Shown one piece after another: positions 1-10,046 of a stretch of DNA of 19,753 nt. The stretch lies in NCBI RefSeq assembly GCF_006345805.1, contig NW_021824042.1, forward strand, positions 1-19,753, written 5' to 3'. This DNA comes from Octopus sinensis (lineage: Eukaryota). The number at the start of each line of letters is the position of its first letter. The stretch's first letter is position 1. The notes below the pieces were generated by a model. The model saw only the letters and a program-made list of their open reading frames with translations, ran no database searches and was not told where the DNA came from. The position numbers and the translations under genes were made by a program.

Positions 1-84
1 GCAGATCACAAGCAGACTTTGCCCGCATCCGAGTGCTGATAGAGTATATACAAACAATACACTAAAGCAATGTACATGAGAACC

Positions 85-1474
85 ATCACCATCATCATCA
101 TCGTCGTCGTTGTCGTCATCGTCTTCATCATATCATTGTCGACATTGTCATTGCTATCAACGTTGTTATCATTATTGTCATCATCATCATCGTCGTCGTC
201 ATCATCAGTGTCATCTTCATCGTCATCGACATCATTGTTGTCGACATCTTCATCAACATTGTTATTACTGTCATCATCATTATCATCATTATTATCATCT
301 TCATCATCATCATCATCATCATCGTCATCATCATCATCATTGTCATCGCCATCGTCATTGTTATCTTCATCGTAGTCATCATCATTATCATCGTTGTCAT
401 CATCATCGTCATCATCATCATCATTGTCATCGCCATCGTCATTGTTATCTTCATCGTAGTCATCATCATTATCATCGTTGTCATCATCATCGTCATCATC
501 ATCATCATTGTCATCGCAATCGTCATTGTTATCTTCATCGTATAGTCAGTCATAATCATTATCATCGTTGTCATCATCATCGGTCATCATCATCATCATT
601 GTCATCGCCATCGTCATTGTTATCTCATCGTAGTAATCATCATTATCATCGTCGTTGTCATCATCACGTTCATCATCATCCTCATGTCATCGCCATCGTC
701 ATTGTTATCTTCATCGTAGTCATCATCATTATCATCGTTGTCATCATCATCGTCATCATCATCATCATTGTCATCGCCATCGTCATTGTTATCTTCATCG
801 TAGTCATCATCATTATCATCGTTGTCATCATCATCGTCATCATCATCATCATTGTCATCGCCATCGTCATTGTTATCTTCATCGTAGTCATCATCATTAT
901 CATCATTGTCATCATCATCATTGCCATCGAAATCATCAACATTGTAATTGCTATCATCATCATTATCATCATTATTGTCATCATCCTCATCCTCATCATC
1001 ATCATCATCATCATCATGGTCGTCGTCATCGTCATCGTCTTCATCATATCGTCATTGACATTGTCATTGCTATCATCGTCATTATCATCATTATTGTCAT
1101 CATCCTCATCATCATCATCATCATCATCGTCGTCATCGTCATCATTATTGTCATCATCGTCGTTGTCAACATTGCTATTGCTATCATCATCATCATTATC
1201 ATCGATGCCATCATTGTCATCTTCATCATTGTTGTCACTATCATTGTCATTTTTATCATCGTCATCATCATCGTCGTCATCAACATCATCGTCATCGTCA
1301 TCATCATCGTCAACATTGTCATTGCTACCATCATAATTATCATTATTGTCATCATCATCATCGTCGTCATTGTCATCTTCATCGCCTTTGTCATTGTCAT
1401 CGTCATCATCAACATTGTTATTGTTATCATCATCATTATCATCATTATTGTCATCATCATCATCATCGCCATTA
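85..1474. repeat. Compound (ATC/GTC/ATT)n trinucleotide microsatellite, ~1.4 kb
   Basis: Directly visible; explains the poly-Ser/His/Ile/Asp/Met ORFs in all frames. Confidence 0.97.
330..915. repeat. 84-bp higher-order unit, 7 copies, inside the ATC microsatellite
   Basis: Anchor GCCATCGTCATTGTTATCTTCATCGTAGTC or a close variant recurs at 348, 432, 516, 607, 692, 776, 860 (spacings 84, 84, 91, 85, 84, 84). Confidence 0.93.
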
Positions 1475-1730
1475 TTTAACATCTGTTTTCCATGCTAGCA
1501 TAGGTTCGATGGTTTGAAAGGAGCTGGCCAGCTGAAGAGCTGCCTGGGTTCCATGTCTGTTTTGGCATGGACTCTATGGCTTAATGCCCCTTCCTAATAC
1601 CAACCACTTTGCAGAGTGTACTGGATGCTTCTATGCAACACTGGTACAGGTGCTTTTATGTTGACCCTGACATGGATGCTCTTTACATGGCACTGACATG
1701 GGTGTTTTTTTATGTGACAGCAGCACTCAT
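1475..1730 (-). mobile_element. Degenerate SINE-like retroposon (family C), 3' part, with (GAT)n tail running into the microsatellite
   Basis: Minus strand reads ...CATGCTAGCATGGAAAACAGATGTTAAA-TAATGGCGATGATGATG. The body resembles an abundant octopus repeat as I recall it (unverified). Confidence 0.6.
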
Positions 1731-1829
1731 GAGCCCACAAGGTTAAGATCAGCTGAAGAGGAGAATAGGGGGCGTGCAAACTATCATTTGACAAGTACAT
1801 ATACGGGTTAAAAACCCCTCTATACTATT

Positions 1830-2006
1830 GTTTCTTCCCTCAAAATACACCTACAAATGTGTCACACACAAGACATCTGGATTTCCATTGAAATCACAGA
1901 ATGAAACATTGGCATCCTGAGGATAAAAGAGGCCATCATAACTAGCAAAACCAACCCACATATTAGCCAGAGAAACAAGCTGTACACAGCTGGTTGGCTG
2001 CTATAG
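1830..2006 (+). pseudogene. Possible Penelope-like element GIY-YIG endonuclease C-terminal remnant
   Basis: Frame from 1845 reads IHLQMCHTQDIWISIEITE*NIGILRIKEAIITSKTNPHISQR, resembling the H-L...I-L...R-x-I-K-E-A-x-x-I...P end of PLE GIY-YIG domains; one internal stop. Confidence 0.4.
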
Positions 2007-2191
2007 CAATGCTGTCCTGTGCATGCAAAGTAATCTTTCATATATACGCACTACAGAACAGAGATGTCAGCTTACAACATTTCTCATAAAATTTCCTGAC
2101 AAATAGGTCCTGAGCGAGAAATATCAAAATTGAAGGTAAAAGTATGGATCATAAACTTATATTATTTCTTATAACCTTTAAAAGAAAATTA

Positions 2192-2273
2192 AACACACAC
2201 ACACACATATTTACATACATACATACTTACTTATATACATACATACATAAATACATACATACATAAATACATA

Positions 2274-2312
<39 letters not shown>

Positions 2313-2316
2313 GATT
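2192..2316. repeat. (AC)n/(TACA)n/(ATT)n compound microsatellite
   Basis: Directly visible. Confidence 0.95.
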
Positions 2317-2317
2317 A

Positions 2318-2945
2318 TGGCTGCCCCCTCGTTATCGAGTATGGCCATTGCACGAAGCTTAACTGTTACTGGTGCTGTGATCGAATGTGACTTTTTAGCC
2401 CAGCTAAAGATCTACAATACATACATACATACATACATACATATTTACATACATACATACATACATGGTGGCTGCCCCCTCGTTATCGAGTATGGCCATT
2501 GCATGAAGCTTAATCAATGCTATCATGCAATGCCTGTACAAAAAGATTTTTTTTAAAGTGAGGAAAGGCTGTGCACTGAGTCAATCCCACTCACTAAGCA
2601 ACAGCAGCCATAATCTGAAAAGAAGAACAAGTCAATATCTTCGGTAACCACTGAGCCGCAGGTTTTAAGTCAAAGTTATCCCAGTTACCTGAGTTACCTT
2701 CTCTTAGAAGGATGCCTTAACAAAGGCTAGGAGTCCTTCACTCCTAATGGTTTAACCGCGCGATCGGGTATTCAGTCCGATTATTTCTATGTCCCTGCGC
2801 ATGATACAGCCTTAAGACATTTATTGGAAGGCCGTTGACCCTCAAGAGTTCCTCCGCCCTTTGACGGATTTTGTTTTTCATCCCGCAGGGTGTCCAATAA
2901 ACACCCTCCTCACCAAGCAAGCTTGGTGGGGTTGCTGGTTTAGTC
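2318..2945 (-). mobile_element. Putative short non-autonomous RTE-derived element (5' UTR-like part plus duplicated 3' end)
   Basis: 45-bp direct repeat at 2318-2362 and 2469-2513 (1 mismatch), each followed on the minus strand by a different microsatellite. CTAGCCTTTGTTAAGGCATCCTTCTAAGAGAAAGGTAACTC on the minus strand resembles RTE 5' UTR motifs from recall. Confidence 0.35.
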
Positions 2946-3025
2946 ATACATACATACATACATACATATGTACATTTCTTCCTGCTTCTGAGCCAGGCAT
3001 GGCTCGAGAAGGCACAAACAACAAA

Positions 3026-3492
3026 AATCTGCACATCCTCTGATAACTCACGGATGGTGATCCACCGATTTCCCCTCACAACTGCATACACATCTGCAAT
3101 GTTTTTCTCAGTTCTGCTGGTCGCAGGTTTCCTAGAACGTTCATCAATATCGACAGGTTTCCAGCAATCTCGGAAACATCTGAACCACTCATACACTTGT
3201 GTATGGCTCATACACTCCTCTCCATACACTTCCTACAACTTTGCATCGACCTCTGAGCAGGTATCACCATGACAACTTTCTCTGTCATGGTCAATGTAAC
3301 AATACACACAATACACACGCTACACACCTTCCTTCCAAGCACTGCTGAAAACAGCGGAGGTGAGCTAGAACGTTAAAACTTAGTACGCATACACAGTAGT
3401 GTTTAAGGTCAATCTGTACCAAGCGGCTTCACTCTGCAGAGTTCAGCTTCATTACTATGGCAACAGTCCCGATTCTTATTAATCAGACCTTG
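3026..3492 (-). mobile_element. 5' fragment of a Tc1/mariner (mariner-type) transposon: left TIR plus transposase HTH pseudogene
   Basis: Minus strand starts TA|CAAGGTCTGATTAATAAGAATCGGGACTG (TA at 3493-3494). The translation KL*EVYGEECMSHTQVYEWFRCFRDCWKPVDIDERSRKPATSRTEKNIADVYAVVRGNRWITIRELSEDVQI matches the mariner N-terminal DNA-binding region. Stop at 3233-3235, truncated near 3026, no DDD domain or right TIR. Confidence 0.85.
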
Positions 3493-3508
3493 TATCTATC
3501 TATCTATC

Positions 3509-3570
<62 letters not shown>

Positions 3571-3615
3571 TATATATATATATTATATATATATATATAT
3601 ATAGTATATATATAT

Positions 3616-3668
<53 letters not shown>

Positions 3669-3745
3669 TAAATCTATATATGAATACTGTTGTCCCATAT
3701 CTATCTAACTCTGCAGATATATATATATATATTAACATATGTATA
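3493..3745. repeat. (TATC)n/(TA)n microsatellite
   Basis: Directly visible; begins at the mariner TA dinucleotide. Confidence 0.95.
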
Positions 3746-4137
3746 TATACTAAGTTTTAACATTCTAGGATCACCTCCCTGTAATAAGCATCTTGGACAA
3801 GGAATGTATCGGGTAGTTGTGTATGTCATTGAACCATGAAGAGAAAGTTTCAGGTGAATTCAGAGTGATAAATTTTTTTATGAATTATGAATACAAATTA
3901 TATTGGTTTCGATTTTTCCGATATTCTGGAAATCTGTCATATTGAAGCGTTCTAGGAAACTGCGACCACAGAACTGAGAAACATAGAGGGATGCAGTTGT
4001 TAGGTAAATCGTTACACCATCATAGTTATCAAATGTGCAGTTTTTCAAAGCGAGACATTTCAAAGCAAATGTACATATGTTCTAGTATGTATGTATACTA
4101 AACAGTCAACCCACGCTTCTTGAGGACTGTTTACGGA

Positions 4138-4187
4138 CATATATTATATATATAATACATATTATATTATATATATCATATATACAA

Positions 4188-4231
<44 letters not shown>

Positions 4232-4308
4232 TATATAAGAAAGTAATATATTATGGTATATCTATCTATCTTTTATAATATATATATATTATATAGATAT
4301 ATATATAT

Positions 4309-4367
<59 letters not shown>

Positions 4368-4402
4368 GATATAATTACATATATACATACGTGTGTGTGT
4401 GT
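4138..4402. repeat. (TA)n/(GATA)n/(GT)n compound microsatellite
   Basis: Directly visible. Confidence 0.95.
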
Positions 4403-4519
4403 GTACAAGATGTCATGCAAGCAACTAGAGAGTAATTAATGAGAAATTAAAGAGAAAGACGAAGAGGAGAGCAAAAAAGATCTGAGATGAAGCGCAAAGA
4501 GGCAGTGGAGAGTCAAAAT

Positions 4520-5260
4520 TATGAGAGCAGAAGTAGGTGGAGATGATAATGATGATGATGATGATGATGATGAACTGGGTAAGAAGAATGGTAATTAACA
4601 GTGGGATGAGGGGGGGGTTTGTTGTTGTTGGTGGTGGTGGTCATGTTGGTGATGGTGCTGGTGGTAGTGGTGGTGGTGGTGCTGGTGGTAGTGGTGGTGG
4701 TGGTTGGAAGTAGTATAATAAGTGCAGGTGGCATGGAGTGGTGAGGTTTTGGAACAGTAGGAAGTAGTGGTGGTGGTGGTGGTGGGGTGGGAGATTGCAA
4801 TGGTTGTGGTGGTGGTGGTGGTGATGGTGGTGGTGGTGGTGGTGGTTTTGATGGTGGTGGTGAATGGTAATGATGACGGCAATGATAACAACGGTGACCA
4901 TGAGGATTATCATGACGGTGAGGATGAAGATGACGATGACGATGATGATGATGATAAGGACAATGATGATGATGATGATGATAATGATGGTGTTGATGCT
5001 GATAATCATGGTGATGGTGATGATGACATTGATGATCGCAATGATGATAATGACAATGATGATGATGATGATTACTATCATCATCATCATCATCATTATC
5101 ATGATAGTGATGATGAGGAGGAATAGGAGGTGGGTAATCACCATCATGAGAATGATGACAGCGATGACGATGATGACGATGATGATGATGTTGATGATGA
5201 TGATGATGATGATGATGGAGGTGGTAGTGGTGGTGGGGGTTTGGTGGTGGTGGTGGTGGT
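4520..5260. repeat. (GAT)n/(GGT)n compound trinucleotide microsatellite
   Basis: Directly visible; source of the poly-Val/Met/Asp/Thr/His ORFs. Confidence 0.95.
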
Positions 5261-5410
5261 GTCTGTGAAGGTGGTGTACAGATGCAAAGACGATCTTGTT
5301 AGCCGGCAAAGTGTGAGACAGAGATGTGGTGGGGTGGGAAGTGGCAGGGGGTTGTAAATTACAGCTGATAAAGAGGGAAAGAAACAGAGAATTACTGAGT
5401 CTGCCAGAGT

Positions 5411-5430
5411 ATATATACACACACACACAC

Positions 5431-5468
<38 letters not shown>

Positions 5469-5636
5469 CAGATATACATACATATATATATATATGTATA
5501 TGTATATATGTATATATGTATATATTATCATCATCATCATTGCATATCTCCATACATATATATATATATATACATATATATACATATATATATATATGTA
5601 TGTATATGTATGTATATGTGTGTGTGTGTGTTATAC

Positions 5637-5680
<44 letters not shown>

Positions 5681-5735
5681 GAAGGTTAATATATATATAT
5701 ATATATATATACACACGCATACACACACACATACT
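5411..5735. repeat. (TA)n/(CA)n/(TATG)n microsatellite
   Basis: Directly visible. Confidence 0.95.
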
Positions 5736-5749
5736 TCTTGTATACAAGC

Positions 5750-6270
5750 AAAGCCATTGCTAGAAAGAATCACTGAAATGAGTCAATGATGATGCAATGA
5801 GAGGCCCTTGTATAACTCTTGAGCCTGGCAAACGATGTGCACATTGCATCATTGCATAAGGCACACCTGTGCTGGCTGGCAAAAGGAACAGGTGCCACAG
5901 TACGGACCCTTTCGACATACCTTTTCAATCCTCCAATTGGGGCTGATTTGCATGTTATGAGGCAACCGAAGTGGGCTATTGAGGTTTCATGAGGGGTTCA
6001 TACTGCGGGGCCCTGACAGGGTTTGGAGTTGCGGGAGCAGCAAAGGGGAGGGATATGAATTCTAACACTGAAGCTGTGGAGAAGGCTTTTAAGTGGCTTT
6101 AGATAATGAGGGCCGACCAGTGGTTTGCTATTATTGGGACTTCATCAACTCCAGCAGGGTCAGCTAGGTGAGGGGCTCTGATTTTGGAAAACCTCAAACC
6201 CACTGAGACATGACCGAAAACATCACTGATGATGCACCCCGGAGCACCCTTGAGGCGTATCTTAACACTA
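5750..6270 (-). mobile_element. Highly degraded LINE remnant, possibly RTE ORF2 C-terminus
   Basis: One minus frame is nearly open and ends [33 protein letters not shown], loosely like the terminal C-x2-C...S-H motif of RTE ORF2; the match is weak. Confidence 0.3.
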
Positions 6271-6284
6271 AACCAACACTAAAC

Positions 6285-6394
6285 ATATGTACTTATATAT
6301 ATTAATATGCACACACATATACATATATATACATAGGTAGGTAGACAGATAGATAGATATGTATACACAGACATACTCATGAATATATATACAC

Positions 6395-6425
<31 letters not shown>

Positions 6426-6529
6426 CATATTTACATATATACATATCTATATATGTACATATATATACATTTATATATATGTGTGTGTATATACATATAC
6501 ACATACATATATATAGATATATATATATT

Positions 6530-6564
<35 letters not shown>

Positions 6565-6793
6565 GTATATATACATATATGTTTATATATACATATATAT
6601 ACACACATATGTATATATATATGTATACATACGTACATACATATATGTATATTTGTATACATATATGTATGGATGTTTATGTACATATATATATATTTAT
6701 AAACACACACATATATGTATATCTATGCATATATTTTTTTGAATATATATATGTATATGTGTACATATATGTGCACACACACACACACACACA
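6285..6793. repeat. (TA)n/(TACA)n/(CA)n microsatellite
   Basis: Directly visible. Confidence 0.95.
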
Positions 6794-7019
6794 TCCGCAG
6801 ATGGAGCGAGGTGTTACATTTACACCTCTCTTGATATTTTCACAGCTTTGCTATCGACAACCAATCACGATAACTCTACTTTCACTTTCTGACTCACGAT
6901 AGAAAAACAAGTGTAGGCAAACAACAACAACAACAACCATAACAACAAGAGCAAATGGAAGAAAGACATTGCGGAGTCAAATTATAAAATGTGTGGAAGT
7001 TAACACAGAATTAAATGCA

Positions 7020-7099
7020 ATAATAATAATAATAATAATGCTTTCTGCTATAGGCACAAGGCCTGAAATTTGGTAGGAGGGAGCTAGTCAATTACATCA
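7020..7099 (-). mobile_element. SINE family A, 3' fragment with (ATT)n tail
   Basis: GGCACAAGGCCTGAAATTTGG...GGGAGCTAGTCAATTACATC matches the 3' ends of the other family A copies in this window (for example 16840-16885). Confidence 0.6.
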
Positions 7100-7261
7100 A
7101 TTTGGCCAAAGAAGTGTCCCAAAAAAGGAGTAAGACACCTAGGGTCAATCATAGAAACCCCACAGATCTAACAGTACTCCCACAATCAAGAGAAAGTTAA
7201 ACCCCACTTTTTTTGTTTGGCCAAAGAGAAAAAAAACATCTATATGGCTTTAGTTCTTTAA

Positions 7262-7481
7262 CCCTTTAGCATTTAAACCGGCCATATCCGGCCAAAAGTA
7301 TTCTGCCTGTTTTATGTTCAAACTGACCAGATCCAGGCCCTCACACCTACCCTACAATGTTATTCTACATTAAGTAATTACACCATCAAGATCTTGAAGA
7401 TATGAGATAATGCATGATTAATTCAAATCAATGGGAATCAATAAGCATTATGTTTGGTAGAATAATCTGAACACTAAAGGG
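7262..7481. mobile_element. piggyBac-type MITE, 220 bp
   Basis: TTAA(7258-7261)-CCCTTTAG ... CTAAAGGG-TTAA(7482-7485): TTAA target duplication with CCC/GGG termini and an 8-bp perfect TIR; no ORF. Confidence 0.8.
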
Positions 7482-7812
7482 TTAAACCTTATCCCATTGT
7501 GCAATTCATTTCCCTATGACCACAAGACAGCAAAACTGATGCAATTGATGAAGATTTGGCTAAAAAGGTGTGCCAAAAAAGGGGTAAGCCACCTAGGGAC
7601 AATCATAGGAACCCCACAGATCTAGGATTAACCCCCACAATCAAGAGAAATTGCACCTTTTCTTAGTTGTGTTTTCTGGGCTACAAGTGCATATTGAGAG
7701 GACCCAATTATACAGATTTTTTCTATCCGCTCACCCACTTTTCAGCAAATTCCCTGAAGGCAATATCACTGTAACCACCCCTGAAATTGATTTTCAAGTG
7801 ATATTTGAAGAA

Positions 7813-8031
7813 TTGCAAAGTGGCAAGTTGGCAGAACCATTAGCATGCTCGATAAAATTCTTAGTGGCATTTCGTCCATCTTTACTTTCTGAGTTCAAAC
7901 TCCAACAAGATCGACTTTGCTTTTTGTCCTTTCAGGGTCAGTATAATAAGTACCAGTTGAGCATTGGGTCAATGCAACTGACTTACTCCTTCCCAAAAAA
8001 ATTGCTGGCCTTGTGCCAAAATTTGAAATCA
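7813..8031 (+). mobile_element. tRNA-derived SINE family A, near full length
   Basis: A-box-like TGGCAGAACCA, B-box-like GAGTTCAAACTCC, body homologous to the other copies; 12-bp TSD ATATTTGAAGAA at 7801-7812 and 8032-8043. Confidence 0.85.
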
Positions 8032-8149
8032 ATATTTGAAGAAGTTGGTGAGAGCTGGGCCAAAGAAGAAAATGTTTGTCTTCAATCCTTTCAATACTGT
8101 CCCCTATGAAATTCCTTTCACTATGATCAGTAGCAAGTAAAAAAGAGTC

Positions 8150-8543
8150 CCCAAAGTCCATCCCCTCCTCACCGTGGTGGGGATGCTGGCAACGGGTAGT
8201 GTCAGAGCTATGCCGTCGGGAACTTCGGTTCCTGGTAGGGCCACCCAAGGCGGATTGGTCTGACACCGAATGGTATTAGGGCCACAACCCGGCAGACGGG
8301 GCTCTGGTGAAAATCCTTGGAGTGTCTGTTTTGGAAACCGGCGGCTCCTCAGTCGTTCTGTCTCTGTGTCTGCGGACAATCTGTGGCAAACAGGATGTCT
8401 CTACATGCGGGATTGTTAGGGACCGCTTGTGAAATTCATATTCCCACGAAACTTCTTCCACTGCCATGGTTCGAGATGCCTTGAGGGTGGTGGTAGAAGC
8501 CGACTCAATCCGCCCAGGGTGAATGTCGCCACAAAAAAAAAAA
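8150..8543. mobile_element. Unclassified GC-richer insertion (A-run at right end; interrupted ORF on minus strand)
   Basis: Interrupts the degenerate array and ends in A11 at 8533-8543. The minus frame MAVEEVSWEYEFHKRSLTIPHVETSCLPQIVRRH...WP*YHSVSDQSALGG... continues through one stop, with good ATG context (ACCATGG). Confidence 0.3.
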
Positions 8544-8546
8544 GAT

Positions 8547-8700
8547 TAAAGAACCCCTTCGGTCATGAATGACCATGGGATTGCACCTAGAAAGTCACCC
8601 CGCAAGGCACAAGTCCAGGCAAGGTTGTTTATGGAAGACCAGCAGTTACCCATGCATACCAGCCCCCCCCTCTCCACACCACTGATGTTGCCCAAAGGAA
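8547..8700 (-). mobile_element. Retroposon 3' fragment (interspersed repeat)
   Basis: GATTGCACCTAGAAAGT...GGCAAGGTTGTTTATGGAAGACCAGCAG resembles an abundant octopus repeat from recall (unverified); contains the GGTCAT-GA-ATGACC dyad. Confidence 0.4.
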
Positions 8701-9034
8701 AGTAACCTGGTAGCTTTAGTTCTTTCAATTTTGTCCCATGATGCAATATTTTTACCCCATGATCAGCTGACAGGAGAACTTTAAAAATTTGATGAAGGCT
8801 TGGCCAAAGAAGAAATCCTTTATATGGCTTTAGACCTTTCAGATTTTGACAATGGCAATTAGATGGGAGAATTCTTAGAAATTGGCCAAAGAAGAAAGCA
8901 TCCAAATGGCTTTTGCTCTTTCAGTTTTTATGCTATGATGCAATTCCAATCAGCAGCCATCAACAAGGACTTCAAAAATTTATGAGGGTTAGGCAGGAGA
9001 CCCCTAAAGTTTCATTGATATACAGAAAATCCGG

Positions 9035-9487
9035 CTAACAGTCAGTTTAAATATTGTTTCAAATTTTGTCACAAGGCCAGCAAAATTCAGGGGAAGGTGT
9101 AAGTTGATTAAATCAACCCCAGCGTTCAACTGGTACTTATTTTATTGAGCTTGGAAGGATGAAAGGCAAAGTCGACCTCGGCGGAATTTGAACTCAGAAC
9201 GACAAGCTAGCAGAGCTGGCAGAATTGTTAGCACACTGGACAAAATGCTTAGCAGTATTTCATCCGTCCTTATGTTCCGAGTTCAAATTTCGTCGAGGTC
9301 GACTTTGCCTTACATCCTTTTGGGGGTCGATAGATTAAGTACCAGTGTAATCGGATAGTCCCCTTCCCCTCAAAATGTCAGGCCTTTTGTCTTTAGTAGA
9401 AAGGAATATTTGAACTCAGAACATAGGACAAATGGAATGCTGCCGAGAATTTTGTCCAGTACACTAACCACTCAGCCAGTTTGCTGA
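9035..9487 (-). mobile_element. SINE family A, split by a nested copy
   Basis: 3' part at 9035-9200 and degraded 5' head at 9409-9487, on either side of the inserted copy. Confidence 0.75.
9201..9408 (+). mobile_element. SINE family A nested in opposite orientation within another family A copy
   Basis: GAGCTGGCAGAATTGTTAGC...GAGTTCAAATTTC...; flanked by the 14-bp duplication TTTGAACTCAGAAC at 9187-9200 and 9409-9422. Confidence 0.85.
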
Positions 9488-9609
9488 AAGTTTGCCAAAG
9501 CAGAGATTATATATCATAGACCGGCAGAGCACCCCACTGCCACCCAGTAGCACTTGCCACCCTGGGGATTTTAAAATCTGCTCAGGCTCACAGAACTGCA
9601 ATTCTACCT

Positions 9610-9648
9610 GCGGTTGGGAAGCAAGCTTCTTATCACACAGCCACGCCT
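9610..9648 (-). mobile_element. SINE family B head fragment
   Basis: Minus strand CAGGCGTGGCTGTGTGATAAGAAGCTTGCTTCCCAACC matches the 5' ends of the copies at 11747 and 16206. Confidence 0.6.
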
Positions 9649-9726
9649 GTATCTGCGTGTACCTCTTTTTTTAAGGGCACATCTTAGCCCAAGAATCTAG
9701 AAGGAACAGTTTCCCTGCGGGTTCAC

Positions 9727-10015
9727 ACTCACACACACAAGCATATATGCACATGCACACATACACTCACACTCACACACACAAGCTTATATGCACACAT
9801 GCACACACACACATTCTCACACACACAAGCATATATGCACACATGCACACACACACACACACATACACAAGCATATATGCACACACGCACACACACACAC
9901 ACACTCACACACACAAGCATATATGCACACATGCACACACACACACACACACAGCATATATGCACACATGCACACAACACACACACACACATACACAAGC
10001 ATATATGCACACATG

Positions 10016-10046
<31 letters not shown>

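Larger units (their letters stand above)
7100..9000 (+). repeat. Old degenerate tandem array (~80-120-bp units anchored on TTGGCCAAAGAAGAAA), interrupted by four younger insertions
   Basis: Anchor or variants at 7102, 7217, 7556, 8056, 8800, 8882. 7102-7195 is duplicated at 7556-7650. GGCTTTAGTTCTTT...GCAATT segments recur near 7246, 8710, 8826, 8906. Confidence 0.65.

Noticed and set aside
70-1482. Long His/Ser/Ile/Asp ORFs (up to 408 aa)
   Set aside because: Products of ATC repeats, which lack stops in most frames; no signal peptide, domain or splice support.
3878-4063. Possible minus-strand exon after CCCTCTATGTTTCTCAG
   Set aside because: The phase-1 frame stops after ~29 codons, there is no credible donor, and the peptide is unrecognisable.
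4641-5585. 314-aa ORF with long hydrophobic stretch resembling a membrane protein
   Set aside because: Ile/Met/Val runs are translated ATC/GAT repeats, and the N-terminus is a TA/CA microsatellite.
7651-8109. 152-aa non-repetitive-looking ORF
   Set aside because: Starts at TTG and reads straight through a SINE with a TSD; a chance open frame.
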